This document shows positions 24,677-36,274 of a stretch of 64,000 nucleotides of DNA, piece by piece; position 1 is the first letter of the stretch; each line of letters begins with the position of its first letter. The DNA is from Takakia lepidozioides (Eukaryota; Plantae; Bryophyta): assembly GCA_030704615.1 (NCBI GenBank), contig CM060731.1:58714001-58778000 (forward strand), read 5' to 3'. The position numbers and the translations under genes were made by a program. The notes beneath the pieces were generated by a model. It made no database searches and was not told where the DNA came from. It saw only the letters and a list, made by a program, of their open reading frames with translations.

Positions 24677-27600
24677 CTTCATCCTTGTATTATTTTTGAG
24701 CTTCTGCTAGGTGGAATGTAAGCTCTTTCTAAATCGTAGCAAGATGAGTAGCAAGATTTTCTGCAGCAGGGCTTCCGACAGTCTTCATGTGGAAAGGGTT
24801 TGCTCGAGGATAATGACCATAATTGGAAAAAAAATGAAGTTTGTTTGGTCGAAGAATGTATAGTGTTGTTGTAGGCAAACTCAACCAATGGCAGAAGGTC
24901 CGTCCAATTATCTTGGTGATAATTTATCGTACAGCGAAGATACTGCTTCAAAATTTGGTTTACTCATTCGATTTGACCATTAGTCTGTGGATGATTAGCT
25001 GTAGAGAGGTTGATCTTAGTATCCAATATGTGAAATAATCCCCTCTAGAAATTTGATATGAACTGTGGTACTCGATCAGATACGATGTCCTTTAGGAGTC
25101 CATGAATGTGGTAGATATTATTGAGGAAAAGTCTTGCAGTTTCCTCGTCTGTAACCATCTTATTACATGGAATGAAATGTGTCATCTTCGTAAAATGATC
25201 CACAATAACAAGGATTGAGTCAGTGGTCTTGGAAATTGGAAGGTCCGTAATAAAGTCCATAGACAAGGACAACCATGGACCCTTAGGAATGGATAATGGT
25301 TGAAGAAGGCCGTAAGGTCAATGTCGTGGTCCCTTCGCCCTCGCACACGTGTCACAAGATTTTATAAATTCTTTCACGAGTTTCCACATCTACGGCCACC
25401 AATAGTTCTTGGATATCAATTCCACTGTTTTGTTGAAGCCGAAATGTCCTGAAGCCGGAAGATCATGACATGTTTGAAAAATTCGAAGTCATGTAGGTTC
25501 TGGAGGTATATAGAGAAGTCCCTTGAAATAAAATAAGTCATCTTTGAATTCAAAGTCGTTTGTAACATGTGGGTTGTCTCAAGGTTGATTTAGTTGATTT
25601 CGTAGTGTCGTAGCAAATTGGTCGCTCTTCAGTGCTTCCTAAATCTCCTTTATGATCTCTGCATCGTCATAGGTGGACATGGATAGCATATTCAATTGGA
25701 GATTTGTTGGTTTCAAGATGATGGATTTCTGTTGGTCGAAAACTGTCTCCTTTTTTTCGGCGCAAGATACGATCGTAAAGAAAGAGCATCGGGTTTCCCT
25801 TGAAGATGTCCGGGGCGATAGGTATAACAAAATCAAACATGACTAGTGACATTCCATTGACGTCGATTCAAAACATGAGCACTCATAAAATATTCAAGGT
25901 TTTTGTAATCGGTTTAGACAGTGACCTAATGTTTAGCTCTCTCCAATAGATGACGTTACTCCTCAAAAACATTGATGATCGTTAGAATTTCTTTGTCATA
26001 GATTTAATAATTGATCTTTGCAGCGAAAAATTTGCGAGAACGAAAACCAACAGGGTGAAGTCGGCCATCCATACCGTACTAAGAGAGTATAACGACAAGT
26101 GCAAAGTCCGATGCATCTGCTTCAAAAAAAGAATGGTTTAAATGGGTCTGCATGTACCAGTATTGGAGCCGTTGTAAATGTCTGCTTCAGCCTTTCAAAT
26201 GCCTGGTCAGCCTTCTTGTCTTATACAAATTTGTCTTTCCCTGTGAGTCGTGTCAATGGTGCAGCAATTTTGAAGTAGTCATTGATGAAGATTCTATAGA
26301 TTTTACAAATCCCAGAAAACATTGTACATCTGAGACCGAAGTTGGTTTAATCCACTCGATGATGGTTTGTATTTTCTTCTGATCCATAAAGATGTCTTTG
26401 TCGGAAATAATGTAGCCCATAAATTCGATTTCAGATTGATGAAAAAGATATTTTTCCAAATTGACATATAATCCTCTTTTTCTTAATTTATCAAGGACAA
26501 GGCGTACATGACGGTTATGTTCTTCTTCATTCTGTGAAAATATCAAAATGTCGTCTAAATAGATGACTACAAAGTCACCTAAAAATTCTCGAAAGATGTC
26601 ATTCATCATATGCTGAAAAATTACTGGAGCGTTTATAAGACCAAAATGTATAACATTGTATTCAAAATGTCCATACCCTGTTCGAAAAGTTGTTTTGCAT
26701 AAGCCTCCTTCTTTTATCCGTACAAGGTCATAAGCTCAACTCAAGTCAATTTTGATGATAATCTTCGCTCGCCCTAGCTGGTCGAGAAGCCCAGAAATCA
26801 GCGACAACGGATAACGATTCTTAATTGTGACTTTGTTGAGACCGCGATAATCTACACACATGCGTAATGATCCGTCCTTCTTTTTCACAAACAAGATAGA
26901 CACCCCTGTAGGTGATTTTGAATATCGGATGAAGTGCTTCGACAAATTTTCATCAATGTATTCACGTAATGCAGCCAACTCTGTCTGGGATAAGTTATAG
27001 ATTGGGCCGAATGATGGTTGGGCTCATTCTTGTAACTCAATTGCACAGTCATAAGGTCGATGTTCTGGCAATATGTCTGCATTTTTCTTCTCGAAGACAT
27101 TCTTGAAATCTTGATATTGACTGGGTAATGTTGAAATATCTTTGTCTGTTGTGGTCTTGATCGGAGTCGCATAAAATGCAAATGCCGCATCTTTTTGGAT
27201 AGCTCTCATGAAAGCTCAAGTTCCAAGGAATAGAGGTTAAATACCTTTGACATTTCTACATTTTTGTCTTGCAGAATTTTTTTGCGATCGTCAGTTGATG
27301 TCAAAATTGTGAAGTATGAACCAAAGAAATCCAAGGATGATAAGATTCGTTGGAGACTGGATGATGTTGAAAACAATATGTGATTCTTGATCTTTAAGCT
27401 TCACTTCAAGTGGTTGAGTTTCATTGTCAACATCTCCTGATGATAATGGTCGTCCATCGATGACTTTAACGAGAGCCGAAAGTTTCTTCTTTATGAGCAT
27501 TAAATTGTGTTGCTTCGCAAAGTTTTTGTCAATAAAACATGCTGAAGCCTCTGAGTCCAAAAGTGCTTCTACAGAGATATCTCGATTTTGCACTCTAATT

Positions 27601-29348
27601 TTTATCGGAACTGTGAAGCAAGGTGTAGGGTCTGCAGGTAAAAAAAGACATTTTTTCATTGGGGAATTTGTGGTGTCCAGCCGCATGGTCCCTACTGTGA
27701 CTGGACATCTTCGTTTTCCGACCTCCTCGAATGGAATAGTTGAGTTGCGCCCCGAGCTTTGAATCTTCTTTTGTTGGGGCAGTTAAATGTTGTATGTTCT
27801 TCTTCTTCTCCGCAACAGAGGCATAATCCATTCGAGCGCCGTCTTTGTTTTTCTTGTGGCGTCAATTGCTTGAATCGGACAACATTAATCTGCAAAAGAT
27901 CACTACCAGATGTCTGATGGATCGTTGTGTTTGGTGCCGTAGTAGCAGCGGCATGATGCGTCGTCGACCATCCAGATCGTTTCTTTTGACGTCTTTCGAA
28001 CCAGCGATTTTCACATGCAATGATTTGGATGATGAATTCGCTCATTGTGCTCACGTTTGGCATTTTCAGCAACAAATCTTTTACATCTTATTTTAGTCAA
28101 CATCGAAACTTACTAATGAGGCTCTTCTCATTCCAATCGAAGTTGTACGCAAGTTGTCGAAATTTGGCAGCATAAACAGAAGTAGGACGTGTTCTTTGTC
28201 GAAGATTTTACATTTTTGTCTCTGCAACTCTCTCTCTCTATCATTCTCTCCAAACGTTGCAGTGAACTCGGACATGAACGCTTCAAAATTATATAGTAAA
28301 TGCGAATTTTTTTCTAATAGCGGTGCAAACCAAGATAGGGCAGTGCCTGATATAAGGGTGCCCACGAATCCCACTTGAATACCTTCATCGGGGTAGCGTT
28401 GTGGATGTAGTTGTGGGAACAATCGTACTTGTTGAATAAAACCGCGAAATCTTAATCTCGTCCCATCAAATTTCTCAAGCATGCTGATCTTTGGTTCTCT
28501 CGTAATCTGTTGAAGATGAACAGTTGCAGTAGGGACTCGTATGATTGAAGATCCATTGTTCAACTCCTTTAACTCTGAAATTTGTTGTTGCAAATTGTGG
28601 AGAGCGTTGCCAAGATCTTGAGACTGATCAGCTTGTAATTGGGCAGTAGAGGTACGAAGTTCTTGCATCTGGAGCTGAAGACTCTGCAATGTGGCGACCA
28701 TTTCCACAAATATGCCTTCCATCTAACTAATGAACAAACTTTAGTCTCGCCAAACTGTCAAGGACGAGAACATGACTGAACGCAAACAATATATCAGACT
28801 ACAGGTACAAGACTAGACAAGAAGTCAAGGTCGGCGTGGCCGTATGCACGATGAGTAAATAAGAATCAAGATAATCTTTATAACAATGAACAAGAGTACA
28901 AGATATTGAAACACGACTTGAATATTGGAATGCTGGAAACTGGACTGAAGTACCAGATATTGGGAACTGGGCTAGAGTACTAGAAACTGGAAACAAGAGT
29001 AGCTTGAACTGGTATTGGCAAGACTAAAGAATGTCCAGTCTCGTCTCCTATATATACTGGCTACTAGGAAGTTCCCTAAGAAGCTTCTCCAATGGAGGTT
29101 TCTTGATGGAGAAGTTTCATTAAACAAACATTTCTTGATGGGGAAGTTTCCTTAAAAAGAAGCTTCATGAGCATTTTTCCAAGTTACTCTCGGTAATTTG
29201 ATAAATTCCCAATAAAGTCCTGGTAACTAATAGTAATTTATGGTAAATCATAAAATCACGATAAATCATGGTAACTTTTGGTAATATGATAACTTGGTAA
29301 CTTCTGGTATTTACTCCTGATAAGTTCGTCTGGGCTATGTCCGTGACA
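24677..29348 (-). mobile_element. Degenerate Ty3/gypsy element (Tcn1/sushi-like): 5' LTR 28756-29348, gag, protease, RT, RNase H, integrase; 3' end missing
   Basis: Gag EKFDGTRLRFRGFIQQV...GTALSWF and knuckle CLCCGEEEEHTTFNCP; protease ALLDSEASACFID; [13 protein letters not shown] and VIYLDDILIFS; integrase SMDFITDLP and VSDR. LTR termini TGTCACGGAC...GTCCTTGACA with TATATA near 29050. Many stops and frameshifts. Confidence 0.9.
27675..27719 (-). other. Putative -1 programmed ribosomal frameshift signal at the gag-pol junction
   Basis: Minus strand G_GAA_AAC (27719-27713), a 6-nt spacer, then stem-loop GUCCAGUCACA...UGCGGCUGGAC. The -1 frame runs into the protease ORF 27291-27686. Confidence 0.7.
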
Positions 29349-29519
29349 GGCTTTTACAGACAAAAAGTGGTCGTTGCATTACAGAGAGCTCAAGCAATGG
29401 TCATTTTACATCGGGCGGACGTAGCTGGATCGGCTTCATCCCACCTCCGATCATGGCCTCCGTCGGGAGATTAAGCATTCATTACAAAGGCCGAAGGTTT
29501 TGGCCCCGTAACAAAGGGT

Positions 29520-30070
29520 CTCAGGAGCTGGATGGTTCTGTCCTGCGATCGAAACGTATTATTAACAGAGGATGATGTAGGACAATCAATCCAGCATACC
29601 AAAAAAGGCATAGCAATTTTATTTTATTTTATTATTTTCATTCAGCTTTTCTCGACCGCACTGTGACACATAGAGTCAGGGTTGAAACAACACGAAACCT
29701 CAGTCCAGGCCACTTGCAAGACATCCATATCCGACGAATAAACTACGTGTGTTTCGCGGATGATTTTCCTATTGGAGTATTTAATTCATGAGCTCTGGCA
29801 GAAAGGATACGTGATTTGGTTACACGATTTATTGAAGTGCGGCTTGAGCTTGGGCTTAACCTAGATAAGACCCTAATAACCCGAGCCAAAAAGAAGAAGA
29901 TTCATTTCCTTGGATATCTATCTTACTAGTCGCAATTCGGAATATACCTATAAGTTTGGTCGACGATATGGAGGCAAAATGATAACAATATGAGGAAGAA
30001 TCCATCGATCTAGTGGGCTTAGTTAACTTGTCGATATGCAGAAAAAAAATTATGAAACGTCTTGGCTGCA
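29520..30070 (+). pseudogene. Decayed group II intron reverse transcriptase/maturase fragment, probably an organellar DNA insertion
   Basis: Manual translation gives ELDGSVLRSKRIINRG*CRTINPAY, then RRINYVCFADDFPIGVFNS*ALAERIRDLVTRFIEVRLELGLNLDKTLITRAKKKKIHFLGY (29732-29917), then LVDMQK..IMKRL. This is the RT4-RT7 and domain X start pattern of group II intron proteins. Confidence 0.75.
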
Positions 30071-30589
30071 GGGTAGATAATACTATTAAATTCACCACCG
30101 GAGAGTCGAGATCAGAGATGGTGCGAACATTGCAGTTAGATGGAGGTGCACAACCCATGTGTCGCATCCCTTTGGCCTCTGTTCAGCCAACAAATTATAT
30201 ATATATATATTTGGTAACCGTTCGATGGTGATACGATGTACTGAGTGGAGTGTCTTTTTATGGAGTTCATTTTTAGGGAGGTAATGCTCTTTTGCCGCTG
30301 CTGCCAAAGCATTCACTATCTATTAGCCTGGAAACCTGAGCTCCACAATCATCTTAGTAACCACAGAGACTGAACACAAATTGCAGATTTCAGCAAACAT
30401 GTATCTATGTAAGGTCTGCAGTCTGAAATGTATCTATGTAACAGTGAGATTACCAGTTTCCCTTGTGATCTCATAGTCATCCCCACAAGACTCTCTGGCA
30501 CTTTCTATGCAATCACAAGGGCTGAAAATGCTATGGCTGAACTCTGCCTTAGCGACTGTCAATTAATTTTATTGCAAACCATTTGGCCT

Positions 30590-32640
30590 CTACTATATCC
30601 TAACAAACATTGCACGTTATGCTATTCCCAACCCCCTCAGGTGGACACATGGCCACATCTTCTTCTCCACTGTAAACATCCCATTATCCATGGACTTCAC
30701 ATTACTCGACATAATCAAGGAGTTTGACAACTCCATAAACTTCTTCTCACACACCCTAAAATTAGATGGTACAACCTCATTAATGTAGGCACATTTCAGG
30801 GTAGGCCACCGGAATACACGATACCTTCATGGTTGTTACCGTGTACATACGTCAACCACCCATGCCTCTGTCTGACAAGATTATATCCAGATAATCTTCT
30901 TGTCCAAGGACTCCCCATCTCGTCGGTAGCACCAACATGCCCCCAACCTCCCTCACTATTCACATCATTGAATTTTCTTTCTGTCATGAAAAGATCCCGA
31001 TCAATCCATTATGTTCAAACATGAAAATATGAGCCTCTAGTTCTAGCCCTTCGTCAATACGGATGGAGCGACGTTACGGCGTGACTAGTGAGACGTGCGC
31101 TGTGAGCGCACGGTCATGCTGGGCTGACGTGGCGTGAGCCCACGCTCAGGCCACGTCAGCGTGACCAGATGCCATGCTAGCGTGAACGAAAGCCATGTCA
31201 GCAAATGCCACAGGACTGATGGTCGAAGAAAGAGTACCTATTTCTGTTGGACCTATAACCGTGGGAATAGGTATGTAAAGTATGATGAAATTAGACCCCA
31301 TTATGAAAGAAAAACACATGGCTTCAAAGAATAGGTAAGACTGTCAAGTGCTAACCTATGCTACATATTGCAAACAAGACGACACCATTTTGAGCAGCAA
31401 TTGCAAGAAAAAAAAACAAAAAAAATATCCCCTGAAAGTGGTGGGCGACACCGCACACCACTTTCAATGGCATCTGTAGGCTAACAAATCCCACAACAAA
31501 AACCTAAAAAAAACCCCCGAAAGTGGTGTGCGGCATAAACCCTAAACCCAGTGGTATCTGCGGGAAATAGAAAACACAAAAACAAATAACCCTAAAAAAC
31601 CCTAGAAAGTCTAAAAAGCCTACAAGAAACCCCCCCAAAAAAAGAAAAACCCCTCAAAACGGGTGTGCGGCACCGCACTAAAAAAAATCCCTAAAAAACC
31701 CTCCCAAAAAAAAAAAAAAAACCCCTGAAAAGTGGTGTGCGGCACTGCACACCTCTTTCAGTGGCACCGCACACTAACAAAAAAACCCCTAAGAAAACCT
31801 TAAAAACCCCAAAAAATAAAAATAAAAACTCCTAAAAACGGGTGTGCGGCACCGCACACCTTTTTCAATGGCACCGCACACTAAAAACAAACCCAAAAAA
31901 CCCAAAAAACCCTTAAAAATACTAAAAACCCCAAAGAAAGAAAAAAAAAAAATCCTGAAAAGGGGTATGCGGCACCGCACACCTCTTTCAGTGGCACCGC
32001 ATACTAAAAAAAACCGCAAGTAAACCCTTAAAACCCCCAAAACAAAAAAAATCTCACTTTGAATGGCATCTGCGGGGAAAATAAAACCCCCCTAAGAACC
32101 CCCTAAGAAAACCCTAGAAACCCGAAAAACAAGAAAAGATTCAGTGGTATTTGCTGGAAAAAAAACCCTAAAAACCCTAATGAAACCCTAAGCAAATCCT
32201 AATTATCCATCCACTATAACACCTTCCCCGTAATTATTAATCTTCATTGTGCCCACTGTCAATATCGGTTGGATGCTTAGCAACTATTCTCTTCATATAA
32301 CCTTATCAGTGGCATGCCTACGGGGACATCGTGTCCGGGGTTATGGGTGCCATCCGCGAAATTGCGTACAGTATTTTTTTGCAAAATCTTGGGGCAGCAC
32401 TGCTCCCGTGAGCACAGGCTCACCGCTCACGATCTAGCATCCCTCCCCCTCGGACAATCATCACCGCTGGTGTCAGAGGGGGAATTCACTATCACCATGT
32501 CTACTCCTAAAAGAAAACCTTAAACCACCTCAGCAATATACCACCCCCCCCTATTACAAACATTGCAGCTGACGGCCATCACTTCACTAACAGCCATTAT
32601 CCTCAACAAAAGGAAGATTGAAAGTGACCAGCTTGCCGCT
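30590..32640 (+). mobile_element. 3' end of a non-LTR retrotransposon with a CCHC knuckle and restriction-like endonuclease, split by an insertion at ~31071-32438
   Basis: CTLC...DTWPHLLLHC...RHNQGV, RLYPDNLLVQG, IHIIEFSFCHE and YEPLVLALRQYGW lie left of the insertion. IITAGVRGGIH and LQTLQLTAITSLTAIILNKRKIE resume after 32438. Confidence 0.7.
31071..32438. mobile_element. Non-coding inserted element with hairpin-rich, imperfectly inverted ends and an internal A-rich tandem array
   Basis: It interrupts the RLE reading frame. About six copies of GGTGTGCGGCACCGCACACC-like hairpins (perfect at 31841-31860) are separated by A/C-rich spacers over 31430-32200. Confidence 0.6.
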
Positions 32641-33252
32641 TAGTAACTGGTTCTTGTTACCATAGACCCCCCCACACCCACCCCAAAGAGGCAGTACTAC
32701 CCACACGAGGAAGAGGCTCTTATTTATGCTAGCTTCGGCTGGCATCATATATGTACTGGAGAACGGGCCGTGTTTGGCCGATTCTGCCCTGTAAGCGGCC
32801 TTTGGGCGAGTCCTATGGCCGCGCACGGGGCAGAGTCGGCCAACACGGCTTGTTCCCCAGAGGATATAAAGGGGGCGAGCCTCAAGGGGAGGCGGATGGG
32901 TTGATGGCTGATGACGTGGGCCTCAGGGGTAGGTCTGCCGTCCGATGTGCGTAATCGGCCATCCCTGCCGATTCTGCCCTGGGTGGCCGATTCGGCTTGA
33001 GAATTAGGCCGACAAAGTGGCAAAACCCGCCACACCTGCTTTTAACGTATATACATTGCAAACCATGGGAACTTCAGTGATCCCGATCTCCTAGCTTTCA
33101 AGTTTTCACGGCCCTGAAACTGTTCGCAGTGCCTGCGAGTTGCTCTGGCAGAGTAGGCATCTCCTGACCTGCGTGGGATCCGGAAGCTTGAGAGAGAGAG
33201 AGAGAGTGAGAGAGAGAGGGGCGAGCAGGCTGGAAGTCTCCGGAGAGTCGGC

Positions 33253-35484
33253 ATGGTCACTTACGCACTGCGTCGGAGCCGTGCAGGCTCAAATATGTCC
33301 TTAACCGTCAGCCGCTACTACACCCATTTTGGTCCAAGGAGTTCAGATGAGGGTCGTGAAAGGGCTTTGGAGGAAAGTGAGCATGATGGGGAGCATTGCG
33401 CTTGTTCATCGGCGCCTTCGGAATCTTCTGCGCCATCTGGGATTCCTGGTGTGTATATGTTACCAATTCCGTCAATTAGATGTTTGTGTGTGTGCATATG
33501 TGCGTGTTAATGAGAGAGACTAGAGACCACCTAAAACTTTGGGTCTACTTCAAACCAAAATCCGTAACTAGGAGTTTCACGCAGGTTGGCAGGGTTGCAT
33601 CAGGGACAAATGTTTGTTGGACATCAGACTGGGGGCTGGGATATCGCCTCCAGGGTGGCCAACACTTCTGAAAGACAGCCTACAGAGAGAGCTGCGAAGA
33701 TTACGAGTGGGGATGTCAGGATACTCTGTAAGGAGGGAAGACTGAAAGAGGCGCTGCACATTCTGGAAAAAGGAGGCGTTCTGGCAGATTCTAATACTTA
33801 TGCCTGTCTTTTGCTGGCTTGTATCAACAGGAAAGCCCTATCAGAGGGGATGCGGGTGCATGCTCACATTAGTCGAAGTGAATTCAAGTCAAACATTTTT
33901 GTAATGAACACCCTTGTCAACATGTACGCAAAATGTGGGAGTATGAATGATGCGCGTCAAGTGTTCGACAACATGGCCAAACGAGACGTGGTCTCATGGA
34001 ATGTGATGATGGCAGGATATGCCAAGCTAGGGAATGCTCAGAAGGCTTTGCAAGTCTATGAGCAAATGCAATTGGCGAGGGTGATGCCCAACAGGGTCAC
34101 TTTTATTTGTGTGCTCAATGCATGTACCAGCCTTGGAGCCTTGGAAGAGGGCAAGCATATCCACGCAAATATCATGGAAGCTGGAAGTGGATCACACATA
34201 ACTCTTGAAACAACACTCGTTGACATGTATGCTAAATGTGGGAGTGTACAGGATGCACGGAAAGTGTTCGATAAAATGGCCAAGCGAGATGTGGTCTCAT
34301 GGAATGCAATGATTGGAGGGTATTCTCAGCATGGTCATGGTGGAGAAGCTCTCAAGACCTATATGCAAATGAAACAAGAGAGGGTTCCACCTGACAAGGT
34401 CACGTTTATTTGCGTGCTCAATGCATGTGCCAGCCTGAGAGCCCTGGAAGAGGGCAAGCGGATCCACGCGGACATCTTGAAGGCTGAAATTACACCATAC
34501 ATTATTCTGGACACAACCCTTGTCGATATGTATGCCAAATGCGGAAGTATAAAGGATGCACGTCAAGTGTTCAACAAAATAAGTCAACAAAATGTGGTCT
34601 CTTGGAGTGTGATGATTGCAGGATATGCTCAGCATGGGTGTGGTGGGGAGGCCCTCCAACTTTTTGAACAAATGCAACAGGAAGGCGTGAAGCCCGACAG
34701 GGTCACATTCATTTCTGTTCTTAATGCATGCGCCAGCCTCGGAGCCCTGGAAAAGGGCAAATGGGTCCATGCTGACATCATGAAAGCTGGGATTCTGCCA
34801 GACATTGTTTTGGAGAATACCCTTGTTGACATGTATGCCAAATGTGGGAGCATAGAGGATGCGCATCAAGTGTTTGTTGGAATGGCTAAACGAGATGTGG
34901 TCTCGTGGACAGCATTGATCGCCGGATATGCTCTGTATGGATGTGGCAGGGAAGCCCTTCAACTATTTGAAGAAATGAAATGGGAAGGCTTGAAGCCGGA
35001 CTGTATCACCTTCACTTCTCTTCTCTCTGTGTGCAGCCATGTGGGCCTAGTGGATGAAGGGTGTCACTACTTTGATTCCATGAGTCGAAACCATGGCCTC
35101 ACACCTACAATGGAGCATTTTGGCTGCATGGTGGACCTTCTTGGCCGTGCAGGGCGGTTGTTGGAGGCAGAAGACTTTGTCAACAAAATGCCAATAAAAC
35201 CGAATGCTTCGGTGTGGGGGGCCTTGCTTGCTGCCTGCAGAGTTCATGCTGATGTGGAAATAGCAGAACGGGCTGTAAAATGCCTGCTTAAGCTGGATTC
35301 ACAGCAAGCTGCAGTAGCTTATTCTCTGCTAGCAGACATCTATGCTGTGGCTGGCAGGTGGGATGATAAATCAGAAGTCATTAAGATGATAGGTGTAATG
35401 CATAGTTGCCAGGAGAGGAACAATCTGGTGTGTGTTTGCTGCCAAAGACTAATTTCATCTGTGATTCATGGAATTCTTTGCTGA
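33253..35484 (+). CDS. PLS-class PPR protein (E subclass, DYW domain decayed). Main exon 33585-35484, probable upstream exon from ATG 33253
   Basis: Repeated P-L-S triplets (VVSWN..MIAGYA / VTFICVLNAC / TLVDMYAKCGS), P2-L2-S2 and E motif VWGALLAACRVH. Out-of-frame DYW remnants HHSEKLA and VCGDC lie at ~35545-35620. Confidence 0.88.
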
Positions 35485-36274
35485 GCTGCAAACATAAATA
35501 GACCATGCAGATGACAGCTGTGAGCTTGCACACGGCTTGTATTGCATGCACCACAGTGAAAAGCTGGCTGCCACCCAGGACGCCTATGAAACAACCTTTT
35601 GGTTTGTGGTGATTGCTGGTCTGCACAAAGATTGTTTGATGAGCTGGTATTTTGAGGTTCCTATATTGCATTTCAACTATTTTTAGGCCTCGAGGATAAA
35701 TGGAGAACGATGTTTCACACACTGATGCTTGCATGATGGCATCTTCTTGATCGCACACATGTTGTTCAGAAATTCAAGGTCTGGGTCTATTTGGGTCTAT
35801 TGGGAAAACACAATTCAAAATTGTAAGTCTTGGATATCTCTGATTCCCCTCCACAATCTAGACTGCTCTTACATGTCACCATTTCTGCCTTCACCCAAGG
35901 ATGTTAACATGATTCTCAATTCCCAGGCATCAGACTGGCATTTCACTGTTCCAACCCCCCGCCATGTAGGCCTGTCCACCTTAAAGCTCCTGGGGCACAA
36001 CACTCTCGATCCTAATCCTGGCTCCATGGAACATTAGCTGATATAGAAAATGTTGGTTTGTTTAGCGACAGCCAAAGTGCCAGGGCAGGTTGTATATTCT
36101 TTCAAAGGTCTTCTCTTTCTGAGCATGGAAGGTTTCTGGGACTTGAGCTGTGGTTATCAATTGCGGCAATAAGGCGTTAAAAGAAAAGGCCTGACAGATG
36201 CAGTGTCTATGAAAGACTGAAGGGACTGAGATTTACGATACAATTGGGTGCAAGGCTGTTTAGAATGCACGCCA

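Noticed and set aside
31430-32200. Palindromic repeats with spacers, superficially CRISPR-like
   Set aside because: Eukaryotic context, low-complexity spacers of variable length that resemble each other, and no cas genes. Better explained as TE-internal repeats.
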